Shown piece by piece: positions 38,993 to 49,816 of a DNA stretch of 64,000 nucleotides. The stretch lies in NCBI GenBank assembly GCA_963761305.1, contig CAVXGK010000001.1:1472001-1536000 (forward strand), written 5' to 3'. A program made the position numbers and the translations under genes. Origin of the DNA: an uncultured Gemmatimonadaceae bacterium. GTDB taxonomy: Bacteria; Gemmatimonadota; Gemmatimonadetes; Gemmatimonadales; Gemmatimonadaceae. The first letter of the stretch is position 1; every line of letters starts with the position of its first letter. The notes beneath the pieces were generated by a model. That model saw only the letters and a list, made by a program, of their open reading frames with translations, was not told the DNA's origin and searched no databases.

Positions 38993-40363
38993 CTACTTCG
39001 CCAGTTCCTCCCAGAGTGCCGCCATCGCCCGCATGCCCTTGTAGAAGTTGTCCTCGCTCATCCACTCGTTCGGCGCGTGGGCGTTCTCACCGGGCAAACC
39101 GAATCCGACGAGCAGAACAGGGGCATTGAGGATTCGTTGAAAATCGCCGACGACCGGAATCGAGCCGCCTTCGCCGGTGATCACGGGCTCACGGTCGAAT
39201 GCGGTGGCGAGGGCGCGGCGAGCGGCGTCGAACAGCGGGCCGGCCAGGTCGGCGCGCCACGGGTTGCCGCCGTGCAGCGGACGCACCGTCGCTTCGACGC
39301 CCGGCGGACACACCTTCTGAACGTGGGCGCGCATGACTTGCTCGATCTTCTCCGGGCGCTGGTCCGGCACGAGGCGGCAGCTCACCTTCGCCATGGCCAC
39401 GGAGGGGAGGACGGTCTTGGCGCCTTCGCCGGTGTAGCCGCTGAGCAAGCCGTTCACTTCGCACGTCGGACGCATCCACAGGCGCTCGAGCGTCGTGTAC
39501 CCTTTCTCGCCAAACAGCTCGGGCGACCCGGTCTCGACGCGGAATGCCTTTTCGTCGAATGGCAGCTGTTTCATCTGGCGGCGCGCGACGTCGCCCCAGT
39601 CGCGCACGTCGTCGTAGAACCCGTCGATCGTGATATGCCCGTCGGCGTCGTGCATCGTGGCGAGGATTCGACCCAGCGCCATCGCGGGGTTCATCACCGC
39701 GCCGCCGTAGCTGCCCGAGTGGAGATCGGTCTCGGGGCCGCGCACGTCGATCTGGAAATAGGCGAGGCCGCGCAGCGACGAGAGAATCGACGGCAAGCCG
39801 GGCGCGAACATCGCCGAATCGGAAATGACCACCGCGTCGCACGCGAGCTCCTTGGCGTGCGCTTCGATGAACTCGGCGAGGTGTTCGCTGCCGACTTCTT
39901 CTTCGCCCTCGGCGAGTACGATGATGTTGACCGGCAGCGTGCCGCGCGTCGCGAGATGCGCCTCGAGCGCCTTCACGTGCAGGAACAGTTGCCCTTTGTC
40001 GTCGACCGAACCGCGCGCGAAGATCTTGCGGTCGCGCACCGTCGGCTCGAACGGCGGGCTGCTCCACAGCTCGAGCGGCTCGACGGGCTGCACATCGTAG
40101 TGGCCGTAGATCAGCACCGTCTGCGCACCGGGCGCGTTGCGCCATTCGCCGACGACGATCGGGTGGCCCTTGGTGCCGTGCACCTTCACGGTGAGTCCGA
40201 TCGAGCGCATCGAGTTGGCGACCCACTCGGCGGCGCGCGCCGTGTCCGCGTTGTGCTCTGAGCGCGCGCTCACGCTCGGAATGCGCAGCAGGTCGAACAG
40301 CTCGTCGCGCGCGCGCGACTGGTTCTTGTCGAAGAAGGTCGTGAGGTCGTTGGACAGTGGCAT
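38993..40363 (-). CDS. M20/M25/M40 family dipeptidase
   Basis: YGHYDVQP, RGSVDDKG, EGEEE, DLHSG, GGSIP, HAPNE. Confidence 0.92.
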   Translation of the reverse strand: MPLSNDLTTFFDKNQSRARDELFDLLRIPSVSARSEHNADTARAAEWVANSMRSIGLTVKVHGTKGHPIVVGEWRNAPGAQTVLIYGHYDVQPVEPLELWSSPPFEPTVRDRKIFARGSVDDKGQLFLHVKALEAHLATRGTLPVNIIVLAEGEEEVGSEHLAEFIEAHAKELACDAVVISDSAMFAPGLPSILSSLRGLAYFQIDVRGPETDLHSGSYGGAVMNPAMALGRILATMHDADGHITIDGFYDDVRDWGDVARRQMKQLPFDEKAFRVETGSPELFGEKGYTTLERLWMRPTCEVNGLLSGYTGEGAKTVLPSVAMAKVSCRLVPDQRPEKIEQVMRAHVQKVCPPGVEATVRPLHGGNPWRADLAGPLFDAARRALATAFDREPVITGEGGSIPVVGDFQRILNAPVLLVGFGLPGENAHAPNEWMSEDNFYKGMRAMAALWEELAK

Positions 40364-40575
40364 TACCCGTGACCCGTTGGAATTCCGTTTTTTTGAGAAC
40401 GAATGCCCGAATGGGGAGAATGCTACACGCCGCCAGGCTTCGTCGCATGTCCGGGCGCCAACCAGCGGAGCCTGTCGGTGAGTCGGGCATCGCGCGCGCC
40501 ACGAGCTCGGTTGTCCGGCTTCGGGGCAGGACTTCGTAATTACGTCACGCGAATTCCTCCATCCGACAGGTACCC

Positions 40576-41946
40576 ATGTCCGCTTCTCCAGTCGCTTCCT
40601 CCAGCCTGTTCTCCGATCTCGCCGCGGATTTCGACGGCGAGCTGATTCTGCCCGGTGCTGCCGAGTACGACGCCACGCGAGCGGTGTGGAACGGGATGAT
40701 CGACCGCCGACCGGCGTGCATCGCCATCTGCAAGAATGTGCCGAACGTCCGACGCGCCGTTCAGTTCGCGCGCGCCAACGACATCACGCTCGGCGTGCGT
40801 GGCGGCGGACACAACGCGGCCGGCCTCTCGAGCGTGGACGATGGTCTGGTGATCGATCTGCGCGGCATGCGCGACGTCGTCGTCGACCCGGCGCGTAGGA
40901 TCGCGCGCGCCGGCGGCGGCGCGACATGGGCCGACTTCGACAAAGCGACCGCCGCACACGGACTCGCGACGACCGGCGGCGTCATCTCGTCGACCGGGAT
41001 CGCCGGGCTTTCACTCGGCGGCGGCCTGGGATGGCTGATGCGGAGCCACGGACTGGCCTGCGACAACATCGTCAGCGCGGAAGTCGTCACGGCCGACGGT
41101 CAGGTCGTGCGCGCCAGCGCGGACGAGAATCCTGATCTCTTCTGGGCGCTGCGGGGCGGCGGCGGGAACTTCGGCGTCGTCACGAGGTTCGAGTTCCAGT
41201 TGCACGAGGTCTCCACGGTGCTCGGCGGCATGCTCATCTATCCGATCTCCCGCGCGCGCGACGTGCTGCGGTTGTATCGCGACGTGACGCGCACCGCGCC
41301 CGACGCGCTCACCGTGTTCGCGGCGATGATGCACACGCCCGACGGCGTGCCGGTCATCGCGCTGGCGATGTGCTACAACGGTCCGGTGAACGACGGCGAG
41401 AGGGCGATCGCGGCGATTCGCGCCTTCGGTTCGCCGATCGCGGGCGAGGTGGGGCCGATTCCCTACACCGCGCTGCAGACGATGCTCGACGCCGGCTTCC
41501 CGTCGGGACTTCAGGTGCACTGGCGCTCGGAGTTCGCCGCGGCGCTTCCCGACGAGTTGATCGACACGCTCGTGACGGCATTCAAGGGCGTGCGGTCGCC
41601 GCTCAGCGCACTTCTCATCGAGCAATTCGGCGGCGCCGTGCGTCGCGTCGCGCCCGACGCGACGGCGTACGACCAGCGCGACGCGGACTACAACCTCGTG
41701 CTCGTCTCACGCTGGGCGACGCCGGCCGAGGCCGAGCCGAACGTGAAGTGGGCGCGCCAGACGTCGGATGCGGTGAAGTCATTCGGCAACGGACGGGTGT
41801 ACGTGAACTACATCGGCGCGGGTGAAGGCCCGGACCGAGTCCGCGCGTCGTTCGGCCCGGCCAAGTTCACGCGCCTCGCCGCGATCAAGCGGCGGTGGGA
41901 TCCGACGAACGTGTTCCGGATGAATCAGAACATCCTGCCTGGCTGA
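40576..41946 (+). CDS. FAD-binding oxidoreductase (berberine-bridge/6-HDNO family)
   Basis: RGGGH covalent-FAD His, LFWALRGGGGNFGVV, YVNY...KRRWDPTNVF. Confidence 0.9.
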   Translation: MSASPVASSSLFSDLAADFDGELILPGAAEYDATRAVWNGMIDRRPACIAICKNVPNVRRAVQFARANDITLGVRGGGHNAAGLSSVDDGLVIDLRGMRDVVVDPARRIARAGGGATWADFDKATAAHGLATTGGVISSTGIAGLSLGGGLGWLMRSHGLACDNIVSAEVVTADGQVVRASADENPDLFWALRGGGGNFGVVTRFEFQLHEVSTVLGGMLIYPISRARDVLRLYRDVTRTAPDALTVFAAMMHTPDGVPVIALAMCYNGPVNDGERAIAAIRAFGSPIAGEVGPIPYTALQTMLDAGFPSGLQVHWRSEFAAALPDELIDTLVTAFKGVRSPLSALLIEQFGGAVRRVAPDATAYDQRDADYNLVLVSRWATPAEAEPNVKWARQTSDAVKSFGNGRVYVNYIGAGEGPDRVRASFGPAKFTRLAAIKRRWDPTNVFRMNQNILPG

Positions 41947-42060
41947 TCGCGCCCGAACGGCTTCAATCGATAGTCGATCGCTAGATAGTCGATCGCTTCC
42001 AGCTCGAAGGCGGCGGCGGCGAGCTTGTCGTGCGCCGTCGTCAACACGACGGCCGGGCTG
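41947..42060 (-). pseudogene. Remnant of a LytTR-type response-regulator receiver domain
   Basis: PAVVLTTAHD..AAAAFELEAIDYL(AIDYR)LKPFGRD with an internal 15-bp duplication; no intact N- or C-terminus. Confidence 0.6.
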
Positions 42061-42257
42061 CAGCTGATGCGGTGGTGAGCGCCGCCGTCTGGCGGCTGAG
42101 CGCGAACGTCACGTCGCCGGCGGTCCACCGGAACAATGACGTTGACCGCGCGGGGCTGCGGGAGGGAGCGGGTCAAAACCAGCCGTTTGGACCTCGCGCC
42201 TCCGCTGACAACGCTCTATCATCCGCTACGGCGCAACTGACGAAGGGGGGGCCGGAC

Positions 42258-42842
42258 GTGGCTGCAAGCGATCAAGACGGAAAGGGCGTGGCGGACGAGC
42301 GAGACGAAATCGCGCACGGCCTTCAGGCGGAGATCGCCCAGCGTCGGCCCTTCCATTCGGTCAAGGCGGAGGTCGCGGTCGGTATTCTGCGGACCGCGGC
42401 GCTCATCGAGCGGCACTTCGCGCAGGTCGTCGCGCAGACCGGCGTGACCGTGCAGCAGTACAACGTGCTGCGCATCCTGCGCGGCGCGGGCCCCGACGGA
42501 CTGCCGACGCTCGTCATCCGCGATCGCATGATCCACGCGGCCCCGGGCATCACGCGTCTGCTCGACAAGCTCGAGAAGGCCGAACTCGCGCGTCGCGAGC
42601 GCGCGTCGCCCGATCGGCGCCAAGTGTTCTGCTACATCACGCCGAAGGGACTCGACGTCCTCACGCTGCTCGACGAGGCGATGCGTCGCGCCGACGACCT
42701 CGCCGTCGGCAACCTCGACGAGTCGGAGCAGCGGCAGTTGATCAAACTGCTCGAGGGCGTGCGCGCCGTGCATCGCTCGGGCAACGCGCCGATCGACAGC
42801 GCGCTAGTTGGACGCGGGCCAATTCCCTCGCCAACCGACTAG
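42258..42842 (+). CDS. MarR family transcriptional regulator
   Basis: GVTVQQYNVLRILRG...ITRLLDKLEK...DRRQV..YITPKG; GTG start inferred. Confidence 0.88.
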   Translation: MAASDQDGKGVADERDEIAHGLQAEIAQRRPFHSVKAEVAVGILRTAALIERHFAQVVAQTGVTVQQYNVLRILRGAGPDGLPTLVIRDRMIHAAPGITRLLDKLEKAELARRERASPDRRQVFCYITPKGLDVLTLLDEAMRRADDLAVGNLDESEQRQLIKLLEGVRAVHRSGNAPIDSALVGRGPIPSPTD

Positions 42843-44327
42843 CGTCCATACGCGGCGGCGCCCGATCTCACCCGCGCCGCGCCGCAGCACCACCAGCGCT
42901 CCCCGCTCGACGGTCGTGAAGTATGGCGTGAGTCGCGCGATCGCCGCGTGCGGATCGGCGGATTCGTCCACGACCAACACCAACGCGTCACCAGCGCGGG
43001 CGACTTCGGGAAATCGCGGCCACAGGTCGTACTGGTTCGCGCGCCCCGACAAGTTCGTGGCGAACGCAGTCGGGTTTCCGGCTGAAAGGAGCGCCAACTC
43101 GGCGGCTTCCTGATAACGATCGGCGGCGATCCACGTCGTCGCGTTCGTCGACGCGTGCACCGCGCGGCTGGTGCTGTCGGCGGCGCGCGCCAAATCGCTC
43201 CAGCCGAACGCGCGTGCCACGGGATCGCGCGCCGGCGCTAGCGGCAAGACCGGCGTCAATCCCTGCACGTAAATCGCCAGCGACATCGCCGCCGCGAGAA
43301 CGACGCCCGCACGCAGCCACGCGTCGCGGGCGCGAGTGCGCGCGCCACACGCGAGCAGCACGATGGCCGGGATGTAGGCCGGAGCCGGCCAATTCGCCTC
43401 GACGCGCTGCCGAATGGCGCTGTACGCGAAGAACCCGAACGACACCAGCGCGACGACGCCCAGCACTCGCTCGGCGTCATCCGCCTGTTTGGTGAACGAG
43501 CGCCACACCACGACGCCCATCATCACGAACAGAATGGGCGAGACAAGCGCAGCCTGTCCGCCGAACAGATCTCCTTCGTGCTTCCACGCGGCCACGAGCG
43601 CCGAACCCTGTGGCGCCGAAAGTCCGTGCTTCAACTGAAACGCGAACGACACCCACTCGTGCCGCGCGTTCCACACCACGACCGGCATGAACACGAGCGC
43701 GGCGACGACGCACGCGACATACGGTCCCGGTTCGCGCAGCCGCGCGCGCAACGACGGTCGCGTCGCGAACGAGATCAACACGCCGAGCGGCAGCAGAATC
43801 GCGGTGTACTTGGAGAGAAACGCCACGCCGAGCGCGACGCCGGCGGCGAGCCACCAACGCAATGAACTCGAGGAGTCGACCTCGAGCGAGCGGACGACGA
43901 AATAGAGCGTCGCGGCGGTGCAAGCGAGCAACGGCGCATCGGGCGTCGCGAGCACGAGCCCGGCCGCGGCGAGCGGCAGCACGCTCATCACGACGGCCGA
44001 GCGCAGAGCGGTTCTCGCATCGCCGAGTCGAGCGGCGATCGCGATGGTAAAGAGCGACGCAACCCAGCCGGCGAGAATCGATCCCAACCGAATGCCGAGC
44101 GGTGTCGCGCCGAAGAACGTCGTCCCGAATCGAATCAGCAGCGCGACGACCGGCGGATGATCGAAATAGCTCGGCGCGAGCCGGCGAGACCATTCCCAGT
44201 AGTACGCTTCGTCGGGAAATACCGGCAACAGCGCGGCGAAGACGAGACGGATCACAGCCGCCACACTTACTACGAGCATAGCTCGCTTCCAACGGCCGTC
44301 GTGCTTCGCGGTCGCCCCGGTCGTCAC
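42804..44327 (-). CDS. Glycosyltransferase family 39 (ArnT/PMT-like) membrane protein
   Basis: DEAYYWEWS...YFDHPP, TPDAPL, LSKYT; many TMs; GTGA overlap with upstream gene. Confidence 0.85.
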   Translation of the reverse strand: MTTGATAKHDGRWKRAMLVVSVAAVIRLVFAALLPVFPDEAYYWEWSRRLAPSYFDHPPVVALLIRFGTTFFGATPLGIRLGSILAGWVASLFTIAIAARLGDARTALRSAVVMSVLPLAAAGLVLATPDAPLLACTAATLYFVVRSLEVDSSSSLRWWLAAGVALGVAFLSKYTAILLPLGVLISFATRPSLRARLREPGPYVACVVAALVFMPVVVWNARHEWVSFAFQLKHGLSAPQGSALVAAWKHEGDLFGGQAALVSPILFVMMGVVVWRSFTKQADDAERVLGVVALVSFGFFAYSAIRQRVEANWPAPAYIPAIVLLACGARTRARDAWLRAGVVLAAAMSLAIYVQGLTPVLPLAPARDPVARAFGWSDLARAADSTSRAVHASTNATTWIAADRYQEAAELALLSAGNPTAFATNLSGRANQYDLWPRFPEVARAGDALVLVVDESADPHAAIARLTPYFTTVERGALVVLRRGAGEIGRRRVWTLVGWRGNWPASN

Positions 44328-45658
44328 GCCGGCGCCGGGGCGTGCGCTCGCCGGCGCACGACCGCGACGATTCCCACGATCGCCCACGTCCACACGATCC
44401 ACATCACGCGCTCGTCGGGCGACAAGGTCGTGAGCATCCGCCACGCGACCGCCGGCCCGGCGAGCACGACCGACGTCGGCGTGTTCGATTCAGCCGTGCG
44501 ACGCTCGGCGACGCGAGTCGCGTCCTTGCGGCCGTTGCGAATGACTTCTTCGATTCGGCGAGAGAGCGAGTCGCCGCTCATGCCGCGCCACCCCGGAATG
44601 CGCATCAGCGTCCATGCCGACGCGGCGCGTCCGTATCCATGGTTGTCGGATCCGGACACGACGGCGAGGTTGAGTTTGTTGACGAGCGTGTCGATGCGCG
44701 CGCGGTCGCGATGGCTCTGCGTGAGACCGCGCGGCGAGCCGTCGACGATTTCGATCGCCTGCACACCGCCGCCCGCGCCGAGATCCGGACCGGCGGCCGG
44801 CACCTTGTCGAGATTGCCCGGGATCGTTTCAATGAGCACCGGCGTCGTGGGAGGCAGGATGCTCGCCATCTGCAACGCTTGCTCGTCGACGTCGCCGAGG
44901 TCGGGCGACAGAAGTCCGTTGTAGCGGCGGCCGGCATTGAGAACGTTCACATGCTCGCCGTGGAACATCGCCTCGATGCCCTGCAGGAGCATCGTGCCCT
45001 GCCCTGCTTCCGGCGGATTCGACGCGACGCCGCGTTCCGCGCCGGCGAACGACCGATGGTCGGTGATGTACGCGACGTCGTAGCCGGCGTCGCGATGCCA
45101 ATCGCGAACGTCGTCGTCCGTCCATCCGCCGCGCGCGTCGTGCGATGCGTTCGTGTGCGAGTGGAAGTCGGCCGCGAGCACCGTTTCGTCGGAGACGGTG
45201 AGCGACGCCATCGGACGCGGCAGGAACGCGGCGGCGGCATACGTGACGAGTATCGCGCCGAGCAGCACTCCCGCGCCGACGATCTCTCGGCGCACGTCGG
45301 GTTTGGTGCTCGACGCCATCAGCCGCCAGACGGCGTACACGCCGATGATCCACAGGACCACTGAGATGTGTTGCGGAATCGTGAGCAGCGTGATCGTGTC
45401 GAGAATCGCCGAGAGCGGCGCGAGCGTGATGTAACCGGGCGAGACCTCGAGGCGCGCTTCGCCGACCGGCTCCAGGTTCAACGCATCGCGGATGGGGTCG
45501 GTGGCAAACGCCGCGGTGACGAGCACCGCGAGCGTGACGACGACGGCCCACCACGGAATTCGGCGGTGCCACGGCATCTTCGGCGCGTCAACCGGCGCCG
45601 TGTGCGCGTGCGGCGCTGTGTGCGCACCATGCGCCGTCTTGCGACTCGACTTGGCCAT
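44324..45658 (-). CDS. Membrane-anchored PHP-domain phosphoesterase
   Basis: DFHSHT..SHD, ITDH, GIE and GSDNH PHP motifs; TM segments at both ends. Confidence 0.78.
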   Translation of the reverse strand: MAKSSRKTAHGAHTAPHAHTAPVDAPKMPWHRRIPWWAVVVTLAVLVTAAFATDPIRDALNLEPVGEARLEVSPGYITLAPLSAILDTITLLTIPQHISVVLWIIGVYAVWRLMASSTKPDVRREIVGAGVLLGAILVTYAAAAFLPRPMASLTVSDETVLAADFHSHTNASHDARGGWTDDDVRDWHRDAGYDVAYITDHRSFAGAERGVASNPPEAGQGTMLLQGIEAMFHGEHVNVLNAGRRYNGLLSPDLGDVDEQALQMASILPPTTPVLIETIPGNLDKVPAAGPDLGAGGGVQAIEIVDGSPRGLTQSHRDRARIDTLVNKLNLAVVSGSDNHGYGRAASAWTLMRIPGWRGMSGDSLSRRIEEVIRNGRKDATRVAERRTAESNTPTSVVLAGPAVAWRMLTTLSPDERVMWIVWTWAIVGIVAVVRRRAHAPAPA

Positions 45659-45727
45659 CGCGGATTACCTTCTGTGGAACGCGTCGCGCATCTGTCGCAA
45701 AACTGACGAGCCGAGCCGCATCTCACA

Positions 45728-47782
45728 ATGCCCAACCGCCTGGCGAGCGAGACCAGTCCGTACCTGTTGCAGCACGCCGGCAACCCGGTGGACTGGTACC
45801 CGTGGTCGCCCGAAGCGCTCGCGCGCGCAAAGGCCGGGAACAAGCCGATTCTGCTGAGCGTCGGCTACGCGGCGTGCCATTGGTGTCACGTGATGGCGCA
45901 CGAGTCGTTCGAGGACGACGCGACCGCCGCGCTGATGAACGAACGGTTCGTCAACATCAAGGTCGATCGCGAGGAGCGGCCCGACATCGACTCGATCTAC
46001 ATGCAAGCCGTGCAGGCGATGACGGGGCACGGCGGCTGGCCGATGACGGTCTTCCTCACGCCCGACGGCGCGCCCTTCTACGGCGGCACGTACTACCCGC
46101 GCGAAGACCGTCACGGCATGCCGTCGTTCAAGCGAATTCTCACCGCGGTGTCGGAGGCGTATCGCTCGAAACCGGCTGAAGTCGCGGCGACGGTCGACGC
46201 GCTGCGGGATCTCTACGCCACCACACAGCCGGTGGCCGGCGAACCGATCGCCGCGCCTCTGCTGGACGACGCGTACCGCATGATGAGCCGCGCGTTCGAC
46301 GAGCAACTCGGCGGATTCGGCGGCGCGCCCAAGTTTCCGCAGACGATGTCGCTCGAGTTCCTGTTGTCGCATTGGGCGCGGCGTGGACCGGAGAACGCGC
46401 TGGCGATGGCCGAGCGTTCCTTCATGCAGATGGCGCGCGGCGGCATCTACGACCAGGTCGGCGGCGGATTCGCCCGCTACTCGGTCGATCGCATGTGGCT
46501 CGTGCCGCATTTCGAGAAGATGCTCTACGACAATGCGCTGCTCGTCCGGCTCGGCGTTCACCTGTGGCAGGCGACGAAGAACGCCGACGTGAAGCGCGTC
46601 GTCGCCGAGACGATTCGCTGGGCGGCTCGCGAGATGCGGTCGCCGGAAGGCGGATTCTACTCGAGCCTGGACGCGGACAGCGAAGGCCACGAAGGCAAGT
46701 TCTACGTCTGGGATGCATCGGAGCTCGACGCGGCACTCGGCGCGGATGCGCCGCTCGTGCGGGCGTACTGGGGCGTCAGCGACGGCGGCAACTTCGAGGG
46801 CAAGAACATTCTCTCGGTGGCCGCCGCCGATGCTCGCGCGCTCGCGCGGCAGTTCTCGGTGTCGGTCGATGAGCTGGCGTCGATCGTCGAACGTGCCAAG
46901 TCGGCGCTGTACGAGGTGCGGTCGAAGCGCGTGTGGCCCGGCCGCGACGACAAGCTTCTCGCGTCGTGGAACGGGCTCATGGTTCGCGCGTTGGCGGAAG
47001 CGGCGCGTGCGTTCGACGACGACGAGTATCGCGTGCTGGCCGTGGACGGCGCGACGTTCCTGTTCGATCACCTGGTGCGCGACGGTCGCGTGTTGCGATC
47101 CTACTCCGGCGGCCGCGCACGCATCGCCGGCTACCTCGAGGATCACGCGTCGGTCGCGCTCGCCACGCTCACCGTGTACGAGCTGACCTTCGACGACATC
47201 TGGCTCGAGCGCGCGCGAAGTCTCGGCGATTCGATGACGACGTGGTTCTGGGACGCCGGCGAAGGCGTGTTCTACGATACGTCGTCGGATCACGAGACGC
47301 TCATCACGCGTCCGCGCGATGCGTACGACAACGCCACGCCGTCGGGCACCTCGCTCGCCTGCGAGCTGCTGCTGCGCCTGGCCGAGTTGTTCGACGACGG
47401 TGACGCGCGCGACCGCGCGGCGCGCGTGGCGAATTCCATCGCGCCGGCCGTCGCGCGCTACCCGCTGGCGTTCGGTCACATGCTCGCGTGTGCGGACATG
47501 CTGGTGAACGGCGCGGTCGAGCTGGCGATCGCCGGCGACCCGTCGAGCGATTCGTTCCAGGCCCTAGCGCGGACCGCGGCCGAACGCTACCTGCCGTCGC
47601 TCGTGATTGCCGGCGGCGCGCCGCGCGAAGGGACGGAGGTCGTGTTGCTGCGCGATCGCCAAGAAACCGGCGGCGCGGCCACGGCGTACGTGTGTCGCAA
47701 CTACGCATGCGAATTGCCGGCGACTGACGCGGCGACACTCGGTCGGCAGTTGGACGAGGTCGTAGTCGCCGGCGTCGGTTGA
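45728..47782 (+). CDS. Thioredoxin-domain protein YyaL/SPATA20 (DUF255)
   Basis: [45 protein letters not shown]. Confidence 0.93.
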   Translation: MPNRLASETSPYLLQHAGNPVDWYPWSPEALARAKAGNKPILLSVGYAACHWCHVMAHESFEDDATAALMNERFVNIKVDREERPDIDSIYMQAVQAMTGHGGWPMTVFLTPDGAPFYGGTYYPREDRHGMPSFKRILTAVSEAYRSKPAEVAATVDALRDLYATTQPVAGEPIAAPLLDDAYRMMSRAFDEQLGGFGGAPKFPQTMSLEFLLSHWARRGPENALAMAERSFMQMARGGIYDQVGGGFARYSVDRMWLVPHFEKMLYDNALLVRLGVHLWQATKNADVKRVVAETIRWAAREMRSPEGGFYSSLDADSEGHEGKFYVWDASELDAALGADAPLVRAYWGVSDGGNFEGKNILSVAAADARALARQFSVSVDELASIVERAKSALYEVRSKRVWPGRDDKLLASWNGLMVRALAEAARAFDDDEYRVLAVDGATFLFDHLVRDGRVLRSYSGGRARIAGYLEDHASVALATLTVYELTFDDIWLERARSLGDSMTTWFWDAGEGVFYDTSSDHETLITRPRDAYDNATPSGTSLACELLLRLAELFDDGDARDRAARVANSIAPAVARYPLAFGHMLACADMLVNGAVELAIAGDPSSDSFQALARTAAERYLPSLVIAGGAPREGTEVVLLRDRQETGGAATAYVCRNYACELPATDAATLGRQLDEVVVAGVG

Positions 47783-47804
47783 GTTGAGGTCTTTGTCTCC
47801 ACTC

Positions 47805-48377
47805 ATGTCCTTCGCGCACGCCTACCTGATTCTCGGCCTATGGCTGTTGTGGATGGCCATCTGGCTGCTGTCCGCCGGAGTCACGAAGAAGAACGTGCGC
47901 CGCGAATCGCTGGCGTCGCGCTTGTCGTACACGGTGCCGCTCTGGATCGCCGCGTGGCTGCTGGTCAGTCGCCGATTGCCGTGGGCGGCGCTCAACGAGC
48001 GCTTCGTGCCGCTGGCCGAGTGGCCGTTCGTCGTCGGCACGGCGTTGGTGGTGCTCGGCCTCGCGTTCGCCGTGTGGGCCCGCGTGTTCCTCGGCCGCAA
48101 CTGGTCGGCGGCGGTCACGCTCAAGCAGGGTCACGAATTGATTCGGTCGGGCCCGTACCGCTGGGTTCGGAACCCGATCTACACCGGCATCCTCATCGCG
48201 ATTGCCGGCAGCGCGCTGGCTCGCGGCCAGCGGGGCGCCGTGCTCGCGCTGCTCTTCGCGTTCGCTTCGTTCTGGTACAAGGCGCGGATCGAGGAGCGCG
48301 TGCTGCACGACGCATTCGGGGCGGAGTACGACGTATACCGGGGCGAAGTGAAGTCGTTGATACCGTTCGTTCTGTGA
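47805..48377 (+). CDS. Isoprenylcysteine carboxyl-methyltransferase family membrane protein
   Basis: LGRNWS, HELIRSGPYRWVRNPIYTG, EERVL..AFG.EY. Confidence 0.85.
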   Translation: MSFAHAYLILGLWLLWMAIWLLSAGVTKKNVRRESLASRLSYTVPLWIAAWLLVSRRLPWAALNERFVPLAEWPFVVGTALVVLGLAFAVWARVFLGRNWSAAVTLKQGHELIRSGPYRWVRNPIYTGILIAIAGSALARGQRGAVLALLFAFASFWYKARIEERVLHDAFGAEYDVYRGEVKSLIPFVL

Positions 48378-48392
48378 GCAGTGCTGCGCCGA

Positions 48393-49721
48393 TCACGGCA
48401 GAGCAGGTGCGACGGACGCGCTCTTGTAGACATAGCCGTTCTTCATCACGAACACGGGATGCTCCATGACGTGAATGTCCTGGAGCGGATCGCCCGGCAC
48501 GGCGACGATGTCGGCCCACTTCCCCGTCGCCAGCGATCCGATCTGCTTGTCCCAGCCGAGCAGCTTCGCGCCGCTCATCGTGCCGGCGACGATCGATTGC
48601 ATCGGCGTCATGCCGCCCCATTCGACCATCAGCGTGAACTCGTGGCCGTTGGTGCCGTGCGCGCCCACGCCGGCGTCGGTGCCGAGCGCGATCGGCACGC
48701 CGTCCTTCACGGCGATCTTGACGGCGTTCTTCATCGCCGCCGCCGCGGCGCGGGCCTTCTGTGCTCGGAGGCCCTTGAGAATGCCCACGTCAGCCGCATG
48801 CGCCGCGGCTTCGCCCGCGCTCAGCGTCGGTACGAGGTATGTGCCGTGCTGCACCATGAGCCGCGCGCCTTCTTCGTCGAGAAAAGAGCCGTGTTCGATC
48901 GACGCGACGCCGGCGCGCACCGCGGTCTTGATGCCTTCGGTGCCGTGCGCATGCGCGGCGACCTTTCGCTCGAGCTTCGTCGCTTCGTCGACGAGCGCTT
49001 TCATCTCTTCGTAGGTGTACTGCTGCACGCCGACCGCGTCGCCTTCCGAGAGCACGCCGCCCGTCGCGCACATCTTGATGACGTCCGCGCCGTACTTCGC
49101 CTGGTAGCGCACCGCGGCGCGGATCTGATCGGCGCCGTCGGCGATGCCCAGCATCGGATTGCCGTCCATCAACCCCGGACGAAAGCCGTTTTCGTCGCAG
49201 TGGCCGCCGGTGATTCCGATCGCGTGTCCGGCATTCTGCATGCGCGGGCCGATGACGTTGCCTTCGTTCACGGCTTTGCGCAGCGCCATGTCGTCGAAGT
49301 TCGGCGCGCCGACGTTGCGAATCGTGGTGAATCCCGCGAGCAGCGTCTTCTGCGCATTGGAGACGCCGATGATCGCCGCCGTCCCCTCGTAGTCGCGCAC
49401 CGCCGCGTCGTTCTCCTGCGGATCAGCGAGGTCACGGCCGATGATGTGCGTATGCGCGTCGATGAATCCCGGCAGGAGGGTGACGTCGCCGAGATCCACG
49501 AGCTTGGCGCCGGCGGGAATCGTCACCGAGCCTTGCTTGCCGACCGCGACGATCTTGTCGTCGGTCACGACGACGACGCCGTTCGGGGTCGCCGCCGCAC
49601 CGGTACCGTCGATCAGCCGCGCGGCGCGAAGGGCGACGGTGCCGGAGCCCTTGAGCTCCTGGGCGTGAAGCGAGACGGCGGTGAGGAGGAGAGCGGCTGC
49701 GGGGACGATGCTGGTGCGCAT
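48393..49721 (-). CDS. Secreted metal-dependent amidohydrolase (Xaa-Pro dipeptidase-like)
   Basis: PGFIDAHTH, IKMCATGG, AHAHG, IEHG, GTDAG, GKWAD; signal peptide. Confidence 0.9.
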   Translation of the reverse strand: MRTSIVPAAALLLTAVSLHAQELKGSGTVALRAARLIDGTGAAATPNGVVVVTDDKIVAVGKQGSVTIPAGAKLVDLGDVTLLPGFIDAHTHIIGRDLADPQENDAAVRDYEGTAAIIGVSNAQKTLLAGFTTIRNVGAPNFDDMALRKAVNEGNVIGPRMQNAGHAIGITGGHCDENGFRPGLMDGNPMLGIADGADQIRAAVRYQAKYGADVIKMCATGGVLSEGDAVGVQQYTYEEMKALVDEATKLERKVAAHAHGTEGIKTAVRAGVASIEHGSFLDEEGARLMVQHGTYLVPTLSAGEAAAHAADVGILKGLRAQKARAAAAAMKNAVKIAVKDGVPIALGTDAGVGAHGTNGHEFTLMVEWGGMTPMQSIVAGTMSGAKLLGWDKQIGSLATGKWADIVAVPGDPLQDIHVMEHPVFVMKNGYVYKSASVAPALP

Positions 49722-49816
49722 TGTTTTTCACGGAAGGGGGGGACGTGAAGAACCTTCCGGCGGGGACCCGGCCGCACAAGGGTACGGGCGTTCTCAGTTA
49801 CGAGGACGTCAGCCCC

